A DNA stretch of 64,000 bases from Octopus sinensis (Eukaryota), in NCBI RefSeq assembly GCF_006345805.1, contig NC_043005.1, forward strand, positions 17,174,001 through 17,238,000, in the 5' to 3' direction. The notes under the pieces were generated by a model that did not search any database, had not been told where the DNA came from, and saw only the letters and a program-made list of their open reading frames with translations. This document shows positions 1-13,079 of this stretch, in pieces (the stretch's first letter is position 1; each line of letters opens with the position of its first letter). The position numbers were made by a program, and so were the translations under genes.

Positions 1-179
1 TGGTATACATAAGTGCGTGAGTGTGTGTGTGTATTACAGTTAAGTAACCCTACCATTAATACCATTCCATGGTTTCAAATCATTTTCAATGTAGAAGTGT
101 GTTAATCCAAGTGGCTATGGCCAGGTACAGATATGTGTGCATCTGGGTGTATATACATAAGAAAAACAAATCTTTATAC

Positions 180-580
180 AGAACTTTCCGGTTTGAACAG
201 CAGTTTTTAACATAATTTTTTCAGGTAACTAAAAAATTTGAAACTTCGTATACTGGTAGAATGTGTTTATAAAACATCTTTTTCTCTTGGCTTTATTGAG
301 AAAATTCTATAGTTTGTAAGATATTTGTTGTTTTTTTTCTTCAATTTCTGCAATTTCAACCAATCAGTGACGTCTATTGAGTTAAAAAGCTTTCTGTGCC
401 ATATGAATATGTTCCTCGTTTAAGAAACAGATTGGGTTTATTTACATTTGTGAAGAAAAAAAAGATACCCTTCCCCCAAAAGAGATTGAAATGCAATAGA
501 TCCATTCTAGGGTCATAATTATGGGTGACATTTTCATATGACACTGCTAGAAAAAACTACCGTTCAAACCGAAAAGATCC
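180..580. mobile_element. MITE with ~29-bp terminal inverted repeats (family M1, copy 1)
   Basis: Begins GAACTTTCCGGTTTGAACAGCAGTTTTT and ends AAAAACTACCGTTCAAACCGAAAAGATCC. The body is clearly homologous to 33140-33549. Confidence 0.85.
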
Positions 581-1816
581 CTTTATACATACATAGACCT
601 ATATAAGTCAGGATGAAAGTTGAAATGTACTTCTACACTTCAGGATCTCTCTTATGTTTATATCAAGTCTCCATTTACTACTCTCCCCTTATCTTCATTA
701 CTCTCTCATTTGTCTATCTTTGGTAGGTAGGTAGATGAATTTTGGATCTATCTTAACACTGTGCCTCCTTGTTATTGCATTATCTCCCTCCCATTACATT
801 GCCTGCATAATCCCGATGGCACTGGATCTGCCCTATTCTATTCTAACTCACCATTTGTATTTTTATTGCTAACCATCATTCGGTGTGTCTATCTCTATTA
901 CTCTCTTCTCTAACAATCATTACTGACATGTCACTCTTACTATTACACATCTTTACTACTTCCATCACTGTCTCAGTAACACATTGATATCCACTACTCT
1001 TATAGTTTCCTCCTTCATTCAGACCATTCAGGTTTTCTATTCAACCTCCTTACCAACAACCAGCATGTTGCTGTCTATCAATGGCTCTCCCCCACTATTT
1101 CGTACCATACTAGTTCTCCTCTCTAACTCTCCTCAATCCCTTGCCCTAGTTCTCTATTACTCATTACTCTCCCTTCTATTCCCTTGGTTACGTTGCTTTA
1201 AGTGAATGGAGACAATATAGATTAAAGCGTATTCTTTAGCTTTGTGTAGGACAAGGCAACACCTCTAGGGCTAGTGCCACAATAAAATGTACCCAGTGGT
1301 TGGCATAAGGAAGGGCATCCAACCACAGAAAACCTACCAAAATGGAATCCATCTAGAAGACCAGTAACTTTATCAGAATTTGGACTACCATGACCTGTCC
1401 AACTCATGCCAGGGTTGTAAATGTAAAATGATGATGATATATCTATAATAGATTCATAGACTGCATATGTTTACAAAAACAAAATCAGGGAACTATATAT
1501 ATATATATATATATATAAAAAGCAGAGTAGAGTGAAGGTGTGTGTAAAATGATATAGTCTATTAATGGATAATACATCATAACACAGAGCTTCAGATCAT
1601 ATTTAGTGGAAGACTTGCTATGAACTAAGGTCATACGTTTCCCTTTATATTCTCCATCAGAAGCTGGATCTTACAGTTTATTCACCAAGTAGACTTGTAT
1701 GATAGAACCAAATAATCCATAATTTATATGACTATTAGTTGAACACTTTTAAGGAGAAATACCTTAGAAAAGCTGACTGTGATGTACCCTGTGAAGTACA
1801 AATACGCCTTACTATG

Positions 1817-1860
<44 letters not shown>

Positions 1861-1984
1861 GACTCTCCCGTCATTAGACAGTGTATGAGAGTTCGACAAT
1901 TTCTTACCGAACAACCACACAGATGATTTGTTTATAATGGTCAAATGTTTGTGTTCCGCTCCCTCCATCATATCGACTACAGGT

Positions 1985-2133
1985 GCAATGGGTGCCACAC
2001 GTCAGATGTCGAAATGATTGCAGAGCAATGTGAAATGAAGTGCTTTACTCAAGAACACAATGCAATGGCCGGTCTGGGAATCGAACCTACGATCTCGCAA
2101 TCATGAGTGCAACACCTTAACCACCAAGCCACG

Positions 2134-2134
<1 letters not shown>
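1985..2134 (-). mobile_element. tRNA-derived SINE 5' part (family D)
   Basis: The reverse complement reads GTGGCTTGGTGGTTAAGGTGTTG...GGTTCGATTCCC (A and B boxes), followed by a TGTGTTCTTGAGTAAAGCACTTCATTTCAC core shared with 22690-23020. Confidence 0.7.
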
Positions 2135-2166
<32 letters not shown>

Positions 2167-2864
2167 GTTAATTGTAACTAGGTAAACTTATCAAACAGCA
2201 AGTATACAGAATAGAATATAGTGATTTTATAGAAGTACTTAATGTCAAGTATAGATTAGGGGTTGAAGTAGATGTGGTAATGGAATTGACGCAGTTCCTC
2301 AATAAAGGTGCTATATCCTAATTCTATACATTTACACCCTGATAAGCCTTCCTTGGTGAAACTTTGAAGTGAAAGTGACTCTTACAGAGGAAAAAAATAT
2401 TTGATGCTACATAATTTAATAATCACCTTCTTTAATTAATATTTGTTGTTCTTAAGTCATTTAGGAAACATTATTAAAATCTACATTTAATGTGTGTATG
2501 AAAATCTGGAAATAACGATGATATGAAATGGAAATGAATCCAAACAAATAAATAGGAACAAAATTAAAGAAATCCTTAAAGAATAAAACTTTAGCTGTTC
2601 CAGAAAATATAAAGAGAAGATAAACTGAATTAAGATGTAAAAATCCTACTGTTTGCTAGTTTTCCTTGCAGCATGACAAAGAATACATAGATTTACTTTT
2701 AAATATTAATCAACTGAGTGAAACAATAGGCAACTATTCCTTGCATTGTATACTGAATGTCGGTTGAGACAAAAGAGGAACCAAGAAATTGGATTTTATC
2801 CTTGAATATCTTAATAGCAGTTAAGCCTTAAGAGAACAGATGAACTAACAACCTAGCAAAACCC

Positions 2865-3109
2865 AGGTACAAAGGAAGAAATGGGGCTGGATGGGACAAA
2901 ACCTATGGAATTTCGTTTCCAGTATTACAAGGCGAGCCCTCTGACAGACACCCCAAGGAAGACATGAACACGGCAGATTAACATGGACAAGGTCCACAGA
3001 AACTGAAGCACTGATAGGCAGCTACACCAGGGGACAATTGCAATCCATTGCCAATGATCAAGATAGATGGAGATCTGTTGTTAGTGTCCTGTGCTCCACG
3101 TGGAGTTAA
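2865..3109 (+). mobile_element. Degenerate RTE-clade LINE ORF2 C-terminal fragment
   Basis: Frameshifted translation gives QVQRKKWGWMG ... DRWRSVVSVLCSTWS*. This matches the typical RTE C-terminus (KW.W.GH.LR ... WR..V.ALC). Confidence 0.75.
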
Positions 3110-4399
3110 AGGATTGAAAAAGAAAAGGAGAGATAAAATGGTTGTCTCTGATGTGGGAATTCACAACTCCTAGTGCTAGGAGTTCTTTAGGTCTTGTCAG
3201 TTCAGTGTGACTAAGGTCCTAATTTGTCAATCAGTGGTTTGGGTGATGCTTGCTGGGAACATGTTAGGGACAGTAAGATTTGGAAGGGCAGATTAGTCTT
3301 CACTGAATAAAATCTTATGTTTCACTGTTTTGGCAGATTGAGACACAATAAGCTTGACATGGAGAAGTTTGTTTATTAAGGGTCACCTCCAGTTTACTAA
3401 TCTAGATGAGGAAGAGGACAACAATAATGATGGTAATGCTTGTGGTATTGTTGCTGTTGTTGTTATTCTTGTTAGCTCTATTTGATAGATCAGAGGAACA
3501 AAAGCAGCTGGAATGGTGGTAAAAGAAACAAATATATTTATAAGCTAATGGTTGTAGCATTGCTGTTGTTTAGCTCTGATCCAGCAAGACATAAAAGTTG
3601 TTTCTGCTGTGACTATCCCATTTTCTTTTCAGGCAAAATGCATTTAAGACTACATTATCCAGGTGTCCATATTTTTTTCCCAACAGGTGGAGTGTGATGT
3701 TGAGGGAGATCTGGCTATTACCTCGAGTAAACTGAGCAACCACACAGAGGTTCGTTCACTACAGAATGTTGTCTATCCTTTGGATGGCATTTTATGGTAA
3801 CCCGTCTAGGTGGATTTTGTTTCTGTGTGAGAGTAACAGTCCCGAAATAAGTTACAGTTGAAGTTTTAAGAGGGTTAGTAATTGATCAGAACTGAAGATT
3901 TTAACCTTCTGGAAGAGGAAGAAGTCAAGCCCTCACAATTCAGTCTTGAGTTACTAACAGCCTCTTAGTCTTAACTCTAATATTTGAACTTTGTGTAGAA
4001 TGAGGAGATGATCAGAACTGAAATATTTTCTAGAAGAGAGAAAGTCGAGGCTTTTGAATGAGGTCTTGGATGTTTGTGCATGTAACAACTGTTAAATTAA
4101 GCTTTGTACAGGGTCAACAGTTAACTGTTTAGGGAGCTTGAAGAAGCCCAATGTTCAGAATGCACTCACCACTCTTGGTTTCTACTGATCAGATATATAG
4201 TATTGCAGTGTGCTTGAATGTGTTATCAGTGTGGTATTCATGAACAGAAAGGGTATAAGTCATAGAATTATTTTCTAGTTTATGTGTAATGATTGTGATT
4301 TAGGTTAATAATACTGAAAGAGACTGACTGAGTTGTCATGTGTTAGCTGCAGAACATTCTCAAAGATCTTTGTTCATGGAAATAGCACAGGCCTGATCT

Positions 4400-4782
4400 G
4401 GAGGCGCAATGGCCCAGTGGTTAGGGCAGCGGACTCGCGGTCGTAGGATCGCGGTTTCGATTCCCAGACCAGGCGTTGTGAGTGTTTATTGAGCAAAAAC
4501 ACCTAAAGCTCCACGAGGCTCCAGCAGGGATGGTGGTGATCCCTGCTGTACTCTTTTGCTCCAACTTTCTCTCATTCTTACTTCCTGTTTCTGTTGTACC
4601 TGTATTTCAAAGGGCCAGCCTTGTCACTCTCTGTGTCACGCTGAATATCCCCGAGAACTATGTTAAGTGTACACGTGTCTGTGGAGTGCTCAGCCACTTA
4701 CACGTTAATTTCACGAGCAGGCTGTTCCGTTGATCGGATCAACCGGAACCCTCGTCATCGTAACCGACTGAGTGCTTCCATC
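4400..4782 (+). mobile_element. Full-length tRNA-derived SINE (family B) with 14-bp target-site duplication
   Basis: The head has an A box (TGGCCCAGTGG) and a B box (GGTTTCGATTCCC). The TSD CACAGGCCTGATCT occurs at 4386-4399 and 4783-4796. Confidence 0.9.
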
Positions 4783-6270
4783 CACAGGCCTGATCTAAGA
4801 TGTTCAGATCATGTGTTGAAAGTTGCACAATGTTTAAAGGGAAAAATCATTACACTGAAATATATTTTTGTTCATTTGATTTTATCTAAACCTTATCTTA
4901 TCTTTTCAGTTAATTATGAAGGTTAGAAAGACCTATTTATACTTTTTTATCTACAAGCAGACATAACTAAGTGCAAGCATTGATATGTGGTTAAGAAGTT
5001 TGCTTCCTAACCATGCAGTTTTCCATTCAATCCCAGTGCATGGCACCTCAGGCTCAAGCCGACCAAAGCCTAGTGAATGGGTTTGGTAGACAGAAATCAG
5101 TCATATATGTATGTTTTTTTAATCTTTTTTTCTCTTGAAAGCACGTAATAGACACACACACACACACAAACACATGAATGTCACTGCCATAGAAGTAGTG
5201 GCCCTTATTTCCAGTCTTGAAAACATGTCTGGCAACAGGAAGGGATTTTGGCTATAGAAAATTTGCTTCAGAAAATGTCTCCAAATACATTATTGGAGCT
5301 TAGCTTATTTACATTGGAGGGATACGAAAGTGAAGCTGGTTTTCATAAGATTTGAACTTAAAACAATGCAAGACGAGATTAGTAATTTGTAAGAATTGAT
5401 TCTGGAAATAAGTTCTAAGAACAAGCAATATGGCACTATGAAATAAACAATGAGAAATAATGTGTAGTTAAGTGATTGAGGAGACCTATTGAGTCAAGTA
5501 CATCAACATCAAAATGAAAATCAAATGGAAATGGTAGTTGTGATACCCATGCCAGTGGCACGTAGAAAGCACCATCCGAAGGTGGCTGATGCCAGCACTG
5601 CCTTGACTAGCCTCCATGCCGGTGGCACGTAAAAAGCACCAACCAATCATGGCCATTGCCAGCCTCCCTTGGCACCTGTGCCAGTGGCACATAAAGAGCA
5701 CCCACTACACTCACGGAGTGTAGTGATTTTATATTACACAGCCACTCCTGCGCCTATATATATATATATATACATATATATTTGCACAAGGACCTAGAAA
5801 TTTTTAGTCTGAAGCCAAGGGTAAGGCAAATGGAGAACTCTAATAGAAGAGCTTCAGATATGTTGTTTATTGAGCTTGTAGCAAACATTGGAATTAACTT
5901 TCTGTTATCAGCATTTTCCAAAGCCTTCACCACTGAAAACAAACCATCTTTGTGGGAAGTCTAATGGCCAAAATATAGGCTGTGAGATACTCCACATATG
6001 TCAAAGTTGATAAAAGAATTTTCTCTATACATACACATACATATAAGTAATTATTTGAACTTTGGGTGTATGCCTATTAGTATGCTGATTAAGGCCCATT
6101 CGCTGTTTTGGGCTATCTGATGTCATTCAGTTACAGTATAACTTTCACTGGATCTACATCAGGAAATCAGCAGTGAATGTTGGGTTTATAGACGAGGGAA
6201 ATGGAAAATGGATTTGGTATGATAAATATATACATATACATGTATATACACACACACATCTATACATATA

Positions 6271-6666
6271 CTAGCAGTATCGCCCGGCATTGCTCGGGTT
6301 TGTAAGGGAAATAACTATATAAGCATTTTTAGAGATGTAAAGTATAATAGCCATCTCAATATGGCTAACCACAAAGGGGGGCGGGGTTACTGTAGCTTTT
6401 TGCGTTCTGAGATTTAATAAATTTTTAGAGAGTTACTTCCCTTATATAATAGCGAAAAAGTGCATTAAAATGGAAAAAAATGATGGTAAATTTTTTTAAA
6501 ATTGTAGACTCATCGTAGACGCGTGCTAATACCCAGAAGGGCTCGATATGAATCACGACTATAAGATACCCGGTTTTGGTTAAACTGCACCGCAAAATGT
6601 GGGAGTAGTTAGGAATCTAAATTGTAGGAGACAGACAGCACACAACCTCTCTTTTATATATAAAGA
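6271..6666 (-). mobile_element. Non-autonomous Helitron
   Basis: On the minus strand it starts A|TCTTTATATATAAAAG and ends CCCGAGCAATGCCGGG (hairpin)-CGATACTG-CTAG|T. These are the canonical 5'-TC, subterminal hairpin, CTAG-3' and A|T insertion site. Confidence 0.8.
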
Positions 6667-6854
6667 TATCCACTCATACATACACATATACATACATATA
6701 TACACATACATACATACACACACACATATATATACATACATATGTATATGTGTGTTCAGCTTTTGCTGAATGACCTTCAAAATTCATGCTTGTAGTAATC
6801 AAATGCATTCACCGAACATTAGTTCACTGCCTCCATCAAATCTATGTTGTGTGA

Positions 6855-6954
6855 ACGATGTACCACATGCCAGGTGTTGAAGTGAGGTGCACGATGTACC
6901 ACACGCCAGGTGTTGAATTGAGGTGCACGATGTGCCACACGTCAGGTGCTGAAG
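6855..6954. repeat. 36-bp tandem repeat, ~2.8 copies
   Basis: ACGATGTACCACAYGCCAGGTGTTGAAKTGAGGTGC starts at 6855, 6891 and 6927. Confidence 0.85.
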
Positions 6955-8259
6955 AATGCAATTGCTGAAGAATGCAATGTACCACCCAGTCTAGGAATTG
7001 AAACTGTGATTGTGAGTGCAACACCCTAACCACTATATAATATACTTTTTTGTTTTTTTTTTATTTGTTTCAGTCATTAGACGGCGGCCATGCTGGAGCA
7101 CTGTCCTGAAGAAATTTAGTCAAACGAGTCAACTCCAGTACTTTTTCTGTTAGTCTGTTGCTAAGTTACAGGGACATAAACACACACATATATATATGTG
7201 ATGATCTTATTTAAGCGGATCATACAGATTTCCATCTACTAAATCCACTTGTAAGGCTTTGGTTGACCCAAGGACAATAGAAAACACGTGCCCAAGGAGC
7301 CACGCAGTGGGAAGCAAACGAATGATCACACAACCATGTTTACCCCTATACACACACACACACATACATACATAAACAGATACACACAAACACAAAATTA
7401 TTTTACACAGTTCATAGAATGACCGACTAACTAACCTCTTCTGTGCAGTAGGTGTCAAACAGGTTTGGAACCTGCTTTTTTTTGTGAACTGACCTACAAA
7501 GGTTACATGTACGTGTACGTACACACATACACACGCATCCACCCAAGTACACATATAGATACTCAAACATACAAACATAAATATAATACACTAATGAATA
7601 TAAACACGCAAACCCTCCCCTCTGCCAATGTAAAAACACATACAAATGTAGGAAGATTAACAAAATTGTATATATTACTGATAACAGATTATTTGTGGCT
7701 GGTTCCACATACACACACACTATTATACAATGATGGTTGTCGTAACTTTCTCCTTACCATCACCAATACCATATTTGGATATGACCTACTACAGCAGAAT
7801 ATTTTCTAGAACAATGCTAAAAGAAAAAACACTATGACATCACAATACCCCATGGTGGGAGATAATGGTTGATGGGGAGAGTTCTATGCGGTTGCCAATT
7901 AAATGCCAGCTAACCCCCTGCTGTCTTTAATTTGGAGAGGGTTAGCTTCTATGTAATAACTTGACCAACTCAATGTAACAAGCAGGTCTCCCAAGGGATC
8001 AGCTAAACAAGTGTATGTGTGTGTGTGCATGCTTCTGTGTAATTGCCTCACAAGCACCATGCTGCAACAAAATATCTTTCAATAAATTCTCTCGAGTCTA
8101 TATAAGTCAGGAGGGCGAGAGAAAGAGAGAGAGAGGGGGGGAGAATGAAGGGAAGAAAGAGTGAGACAGAGAGAGAGTTATGTAGTTATTTGATCAGTTC
8201 TTCTATGCTGATGTTAACTGCGAAATCACTCAACAGAGTCCTTTAAAATAAAAGCCATA

Positions 8260-8816
8260 TCTATATACGCAAATGTGTAATGGTGTCTGTCTGTTTTTGT
8301 GTGTTTGGGGTTACTCTAACTCCTCCCACACCGTCCAACTGATTTTAACAATTTTTGGCACATAGGAAGATCACATGCCCTGCAGTTCAAACAAAGCCAG
8401 AATTTTTCGAAAACTCAATAATGCTCAGTTGGCATCGATTTTTGTGAGCTCAATCAGGTGTCTGAATGGAAATTCCCATAATGATGTTATTTTTCCTGCA
8501 GCTTTTGTATTTTTTTGTCTGATTCTGATGAAAATCGATGAGTGAGTTAATGTCAGTATATGGCTGCACCATTGAACACATTGTCGTCAGCTGCAAAAAC
8601 TCTGCTCCTTCAACAAAACTCTGGTGCCTGCTCTGACCATTTTCCCTCTACCTACCACACATCTACTCATCCTGCAACAGCCTGCCAATCCAGATATAAC
8701 ATCTTAGTTATATGGGTAATAGTTGGCATGAGGAGCGTACAAGATTTCAATACAAGGTCAGAAGTGGGCTTAACTTCAACACAGAAAACATGAGCAACAC
8801 TGGGTTCAACAGCTGG
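8260..8816 (+). mobile_element. Older non-autonomous Helitron-like element
   Basis: Starts A|TCTATATACGCAAATGTGTAATGGTGTCTGTCTG and ends GAGCAACACTGGGTTCAACAG-CTGG|T (CTRR end), with a degraded version of the hairpin seen at 6271-6666. Confidence 0.6.
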
Positions 8817-9355
8817 TACTTTACATAAAAACATAACAAATTTAAAGCATATCTCTCAATCTAGACATTAAATTTTGACCAAAATTACCATGCATGGCAA
8901 ATCCTTACAATGGACAGATTGAATTTTACTTATTCAATGTCAACAACTTAGCGGTTTGGCAAAAGAGGCCGATAAAATAAGTACTAGGCTTACAAAGAAT
9001 AAGTCCTGGGGTCAATTTGCTCGACTAAAAGGTGGTGTTCCAGCATGGCCACAGTCAAATGACTGAAACAAGTAAAAGAGTATATATATATATATATATA
9101 TACACACACAGAGTGGTCCAAAAGTAGAGTTATCTCTTTTGTATTCATTCTAGTATATCCTCGGGTCTACCAAAGCCTAGTGAGTGGATTTGGTAGAAGG
9201 AAACTGAAAGAAGCCTGTTGTATATATATATGTGTGTGTGTCTATGCTTGTCCCCCACCAACATCACTTGATAACTGATGCTAGTGTGTTGACATCCCCA
9301 TCACTTACTCACTTAGCAGTTCGGCAAGAGAGACCAATACAATAAGTACTAGGCT

Positions 9356-9554
9356 TTTATTTGTTTCAGTCATTTGACTGCAGACATGCTGGAGCACCGC
9401 CTTTAGTTGAGCAAATTGACCCCAGGACTTATTCTTTGGAAGCCTAGTACTTATTCTATCGGTCTCTATTGCTAAACCGCTAAGTGATGGAGACGTAAAC
9501 ATACCAGCATCGGTTGATAAGCGATGTTAGTGGGACAAACACAGACACACAAAC

Positions 9555-9587
<33 letters not shown>

Positions 9588-9754
9588 CATGACAGGCTTC
9601 TTTCTGTTTCCGTCTACTAAATCCACTCACAAGGCTTTGGTCGGCCCGAGGCTATAGTAGAAGACACTTGCCCAAGGTGCCACGCAGTGGGACTGAAAAC
9701 CCGGAACCATGTGGTTGGTAAGCAAGCTACTTACCACACAGCCACTCCTGCGCC
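9356..9754 (-). mobile_element. Microsatellite-bearing tRNA-derived SINE (family A), full length
   Basis: Ends ...ACCACACAGCCACTCCTGCGCC (reverse-complement head). It has an internal (TA)n tract and a TTTGTTTCAGTCATTTGACTGC tail module. Confidence 0.9.
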
Positions 9755-10320
9755 ACACACACACACACACCATGGGCTGCTTTCAGTTTTTATCAACGAA
9801 ATCCACTTACAAGGCTTTGGTCAGCCTGAGGCTAAAGTAGAGGACATTTGCCCATGAAACCCTATTTTTGGGAAGCAAGCTTCTTACTTCTTACTTTGAC
9901 TTTGAGAAATAAAGAGACAAAACAGGTAAGGGGTTATAAACGATGGTGAGTGAGAAATCCCCAGCTAGCAAATAGCAGTGGCGGGTGGGGGACAGCAACA
10001 GATCTTCATTGGCAGACATGACATTCTCTACCGCATGCTCTCGTGTACGGGTGATACCTACCTAGAAGAATGTCAGGTAACAGTTTAATTTTCAAATTGA
10101 AATATGTGCAAGTCATACATGGGTTCCATACATATACATATTCTTACAAAGCACCTAACACATACACTACACACACTTCAAAATAGTCAGACGTGTACGA
10201 ACACTCTTTTTCCCAATGCACATGCAATCTCTCTTCCCTATACGCACATCCACACATGCTTTTCTTTCTCAAGTTTCCGACACATGCACATATATACTTT
10301 ATATAACACACACATACATG

Positions 10321-10628
10321 TACTCTTTTACTTGTTTCAGTCATCTGACTGTGGCCATGCTGGAGCACCGCCTTTAGTCGAGCAAATCGACCCCAGGACT
10401 TATTCTTTGTAAGCCCAGTACTTATTCTATCGGTCTCTTTTGCCGAACCGCTAAGTGACGGGAACGTAAGCACACCAGCATCGGTTGTCAAGCAATGTTG
10501 GGGGGACAAACACACACATATATATATATGACGGGCTTCTTTCAGTTTCCGTCTACCAAATCCATTCACAAGGCTTTGGTCGGTCTGAGGCTATAGTAGA
10601 AGACACTTGCCCAAGGTGCCACGCAGTG
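10321..10628 (-). mobile_element. Family A SINE, 5'-truncated
   Basis: The tail TACTCTTTTTACTTGTTTCAGTC, the core and the internal microsatellite are present. The head stops at CCACGCAGTG. Confidence 0.85.
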
Positions 10629-13047
10629 TAGATACATTCTTTTCACAATACACATATTTTTCTCTTCTTTCATAAAACAAAATGCATTCACACACCACAC
10701 ATTTGTATATTGCAGGCATGGCCATGTGGTAGTAAAACTGTTTCCCATTCATGTGGTTCCATGTTCAGTCACTCATATTTTCTTTCCACAACACATACAT
10801 ATATATATATACATGTAGATGCATGCAAAGATACATTTCCCCCCCAAAAAAACACATTGAAAATACTTGAATTCCACATAACAGCACATCATCACCACCA
10901 CTACCAAACATATCAAACCTTCCAACATAGGTAAAGTCCATTGTTCAGAGGATGTTCCATTATAACAAAGGTAAATTCCACTGCTTTCCAGGTAAATCCA
11001 GTTTTTACACACGTGTAAAGTGCTTTATCATTATTATATAATGGGTCATAAATCCTTGATTTTGTGAAGAGTAGTGGTAGGAGTAGCTTTAGCAGAAGAA
11101 GTGTATCCAGCATTAATAACAAACAAGTTCGTTCACTTTAGAAAGAGGAGATCCATGGTTTCTGCACAGCCGGGCAAGTCCATTATATAGGCAAGTCCAT
11201 TGTAGTTACATAGGCAAATAAATCCATCATGGATGGAAGTCAGTCTGGACAGATTCATTTTCCTTTTTAAAGAAGTGAAAAAAAAAAATCCATTTTGATT
11301 TCAAATTTTGACACAAGGCCAGCAATAACAGTAAATCCATAATGCTTAAATCTTGCACTTGTGTGTTTATGCACACATTAGTATGCATGTACAAACTTTG
11401 ATGAAGTGGTGTTATTTTCCAATGTTTTTTTATTTATTTATGTTATTGCATGAATATATGGTATTTCTTTGTTTAATAGTTTTCATTTCATATCATGTTG
11501 GCATGTTTTTGTATTTAGTTTATCAACACATGTGTTGAAACAGAATTTGTTGTATCTTAGGAGGGTCATTATGCCAATAAATACACATGCATTGGTTCTG
11601 TTTCACTTCTTTTATTCTTATTAGTCAACTGGTTAGTCATTTAATCCGTCAACCAATCAGCTAACTCTCTCAAGGATGTGATTGGTAATGAAAGGATTTT
11701 GAAAAAAAAAAACCTGATCGATTGACTAACTGAATGATTAATCAAAAAATCAATTAGTTAACCCTTTGGTTACTATACTTCTGTTGAGATGCTCTGTGTT
11801 ACTTTCAATTAATTTAAAATATAACAAATAATTTAGTAAAATAACTTCATTATCATTAAGCTAGTGATAAGAACATAAAATTATGACTAAGGTTTGGTGG
11901 AAAATTTTAATTCAGAACTTTTGAAAACAAAACTTTTGTACTACTGAGCCATGGGCGGTTTCAAGCTGGTTGGTATCAAAAGTGTTAATTGGTTAGCCAA
12001 ATGATGAATAATAAGAACAGAAGTGAAATACAACCAATGCATGTGTATTTATTACTTACATAGTGACCATTCTAAGACACGACAAAACATGTTGGTATCA
12101 TTTCCAAAGAAAATATTCTCCAATATAATCTTCCATTACTGCACTTCTATCATTTTCCAACATGCTGTTGGAACAGTTTTGATATTTTCCAAAGTTGGAC
12201 AGTGGAAAGAGGGCAGGACAGACACAGAGAGAGAGACAAACAAAATATCTTGCAGTGTTTGACTTCATCTTCCACCATTCTACCATTCCATAAAATAATT
12301 ACCAGCATATTCCTGGTAGGATCCACTCAATGATATCCTCTCTTTGAGCATTTGTGACCTTGTTTTAAGGTAAGAAAACATTATATTGCCATCATAATCA
12401 TACCATTAGCAGATATGGACCTTAGTAGAATACCAAACTTTATGTTTTTTTCTTTTATTTGTTTCAGTCATTTGACTGCGGCCATGCTGGAGCACTGCCT
12501 TAACTTGTAAACAAACAAACTACACCATGGTCAATTTTTTTGTTTTGAAACTTACCTTTCATCATGACACACAGACACTTTATATATTTTTACCTGTTGC
12601 TTTTTTTTTTTTTTGCCATCACTATTTTCCTCCATCTCTATTTGTTTGTTTCATTTTTGGTTCTTTTATTTAAGAGGAAAATGGTACATTTTTAACCAAC
12701 AATTGACCCTGACCCTTGATTAAAATAACTTGTATCTTCCCTATCTTTTGTGTTTTTTTCATTTCATTTTGATAATAAAAAGTTTAAAAAGCAAAAAGGC
12801 AAAAGAGAAAATAAACAGTTTTATTAATAATCTGTAATATAGATTTGTATGTTTGGTATTGTAGCGAATATTATTATTGTTATTATTAATAGTGAGGGTG
12901 CCATTGGTGATTACAGTAATGATGGCGGCGTGAAGATATTAGTAACAGTATGAAGTGATGTAAAGCAAAAAAAACTGAATTCAAACCATTTGATTTGATT
13001 TTGCTAAAAAGGTTACCACTAAAATCATTGTTTTGACTATTAGTAAC

Positions 13048-13079
<32 letters not shown>

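Noticed and set aside
661-1205. 73-aa S/L/T-rich ORF at 984-1205
   Set aside because: It lies in a G-poor, degenerate CT-rich low-complexity tract, so its composition explains the ORF.
4400-4472. tRNA gene at SINE heads (also 24097, 34335 and all family A heads)
   Set aside because: A and B boxes are present, but there is no complete acceptor stem or terminator, and the sequence continues into a SINE body with a TSD.
1661-6215. Scattered plus-strand exon-like segments (about 1661-1696, 2672-2729, 5794-5823, 6131-6215)
   Set aside because: The splice sites are plausible, but the phases do not chain and no protein family was recognised. Such hits are expected by chance in AT-rich DNA.
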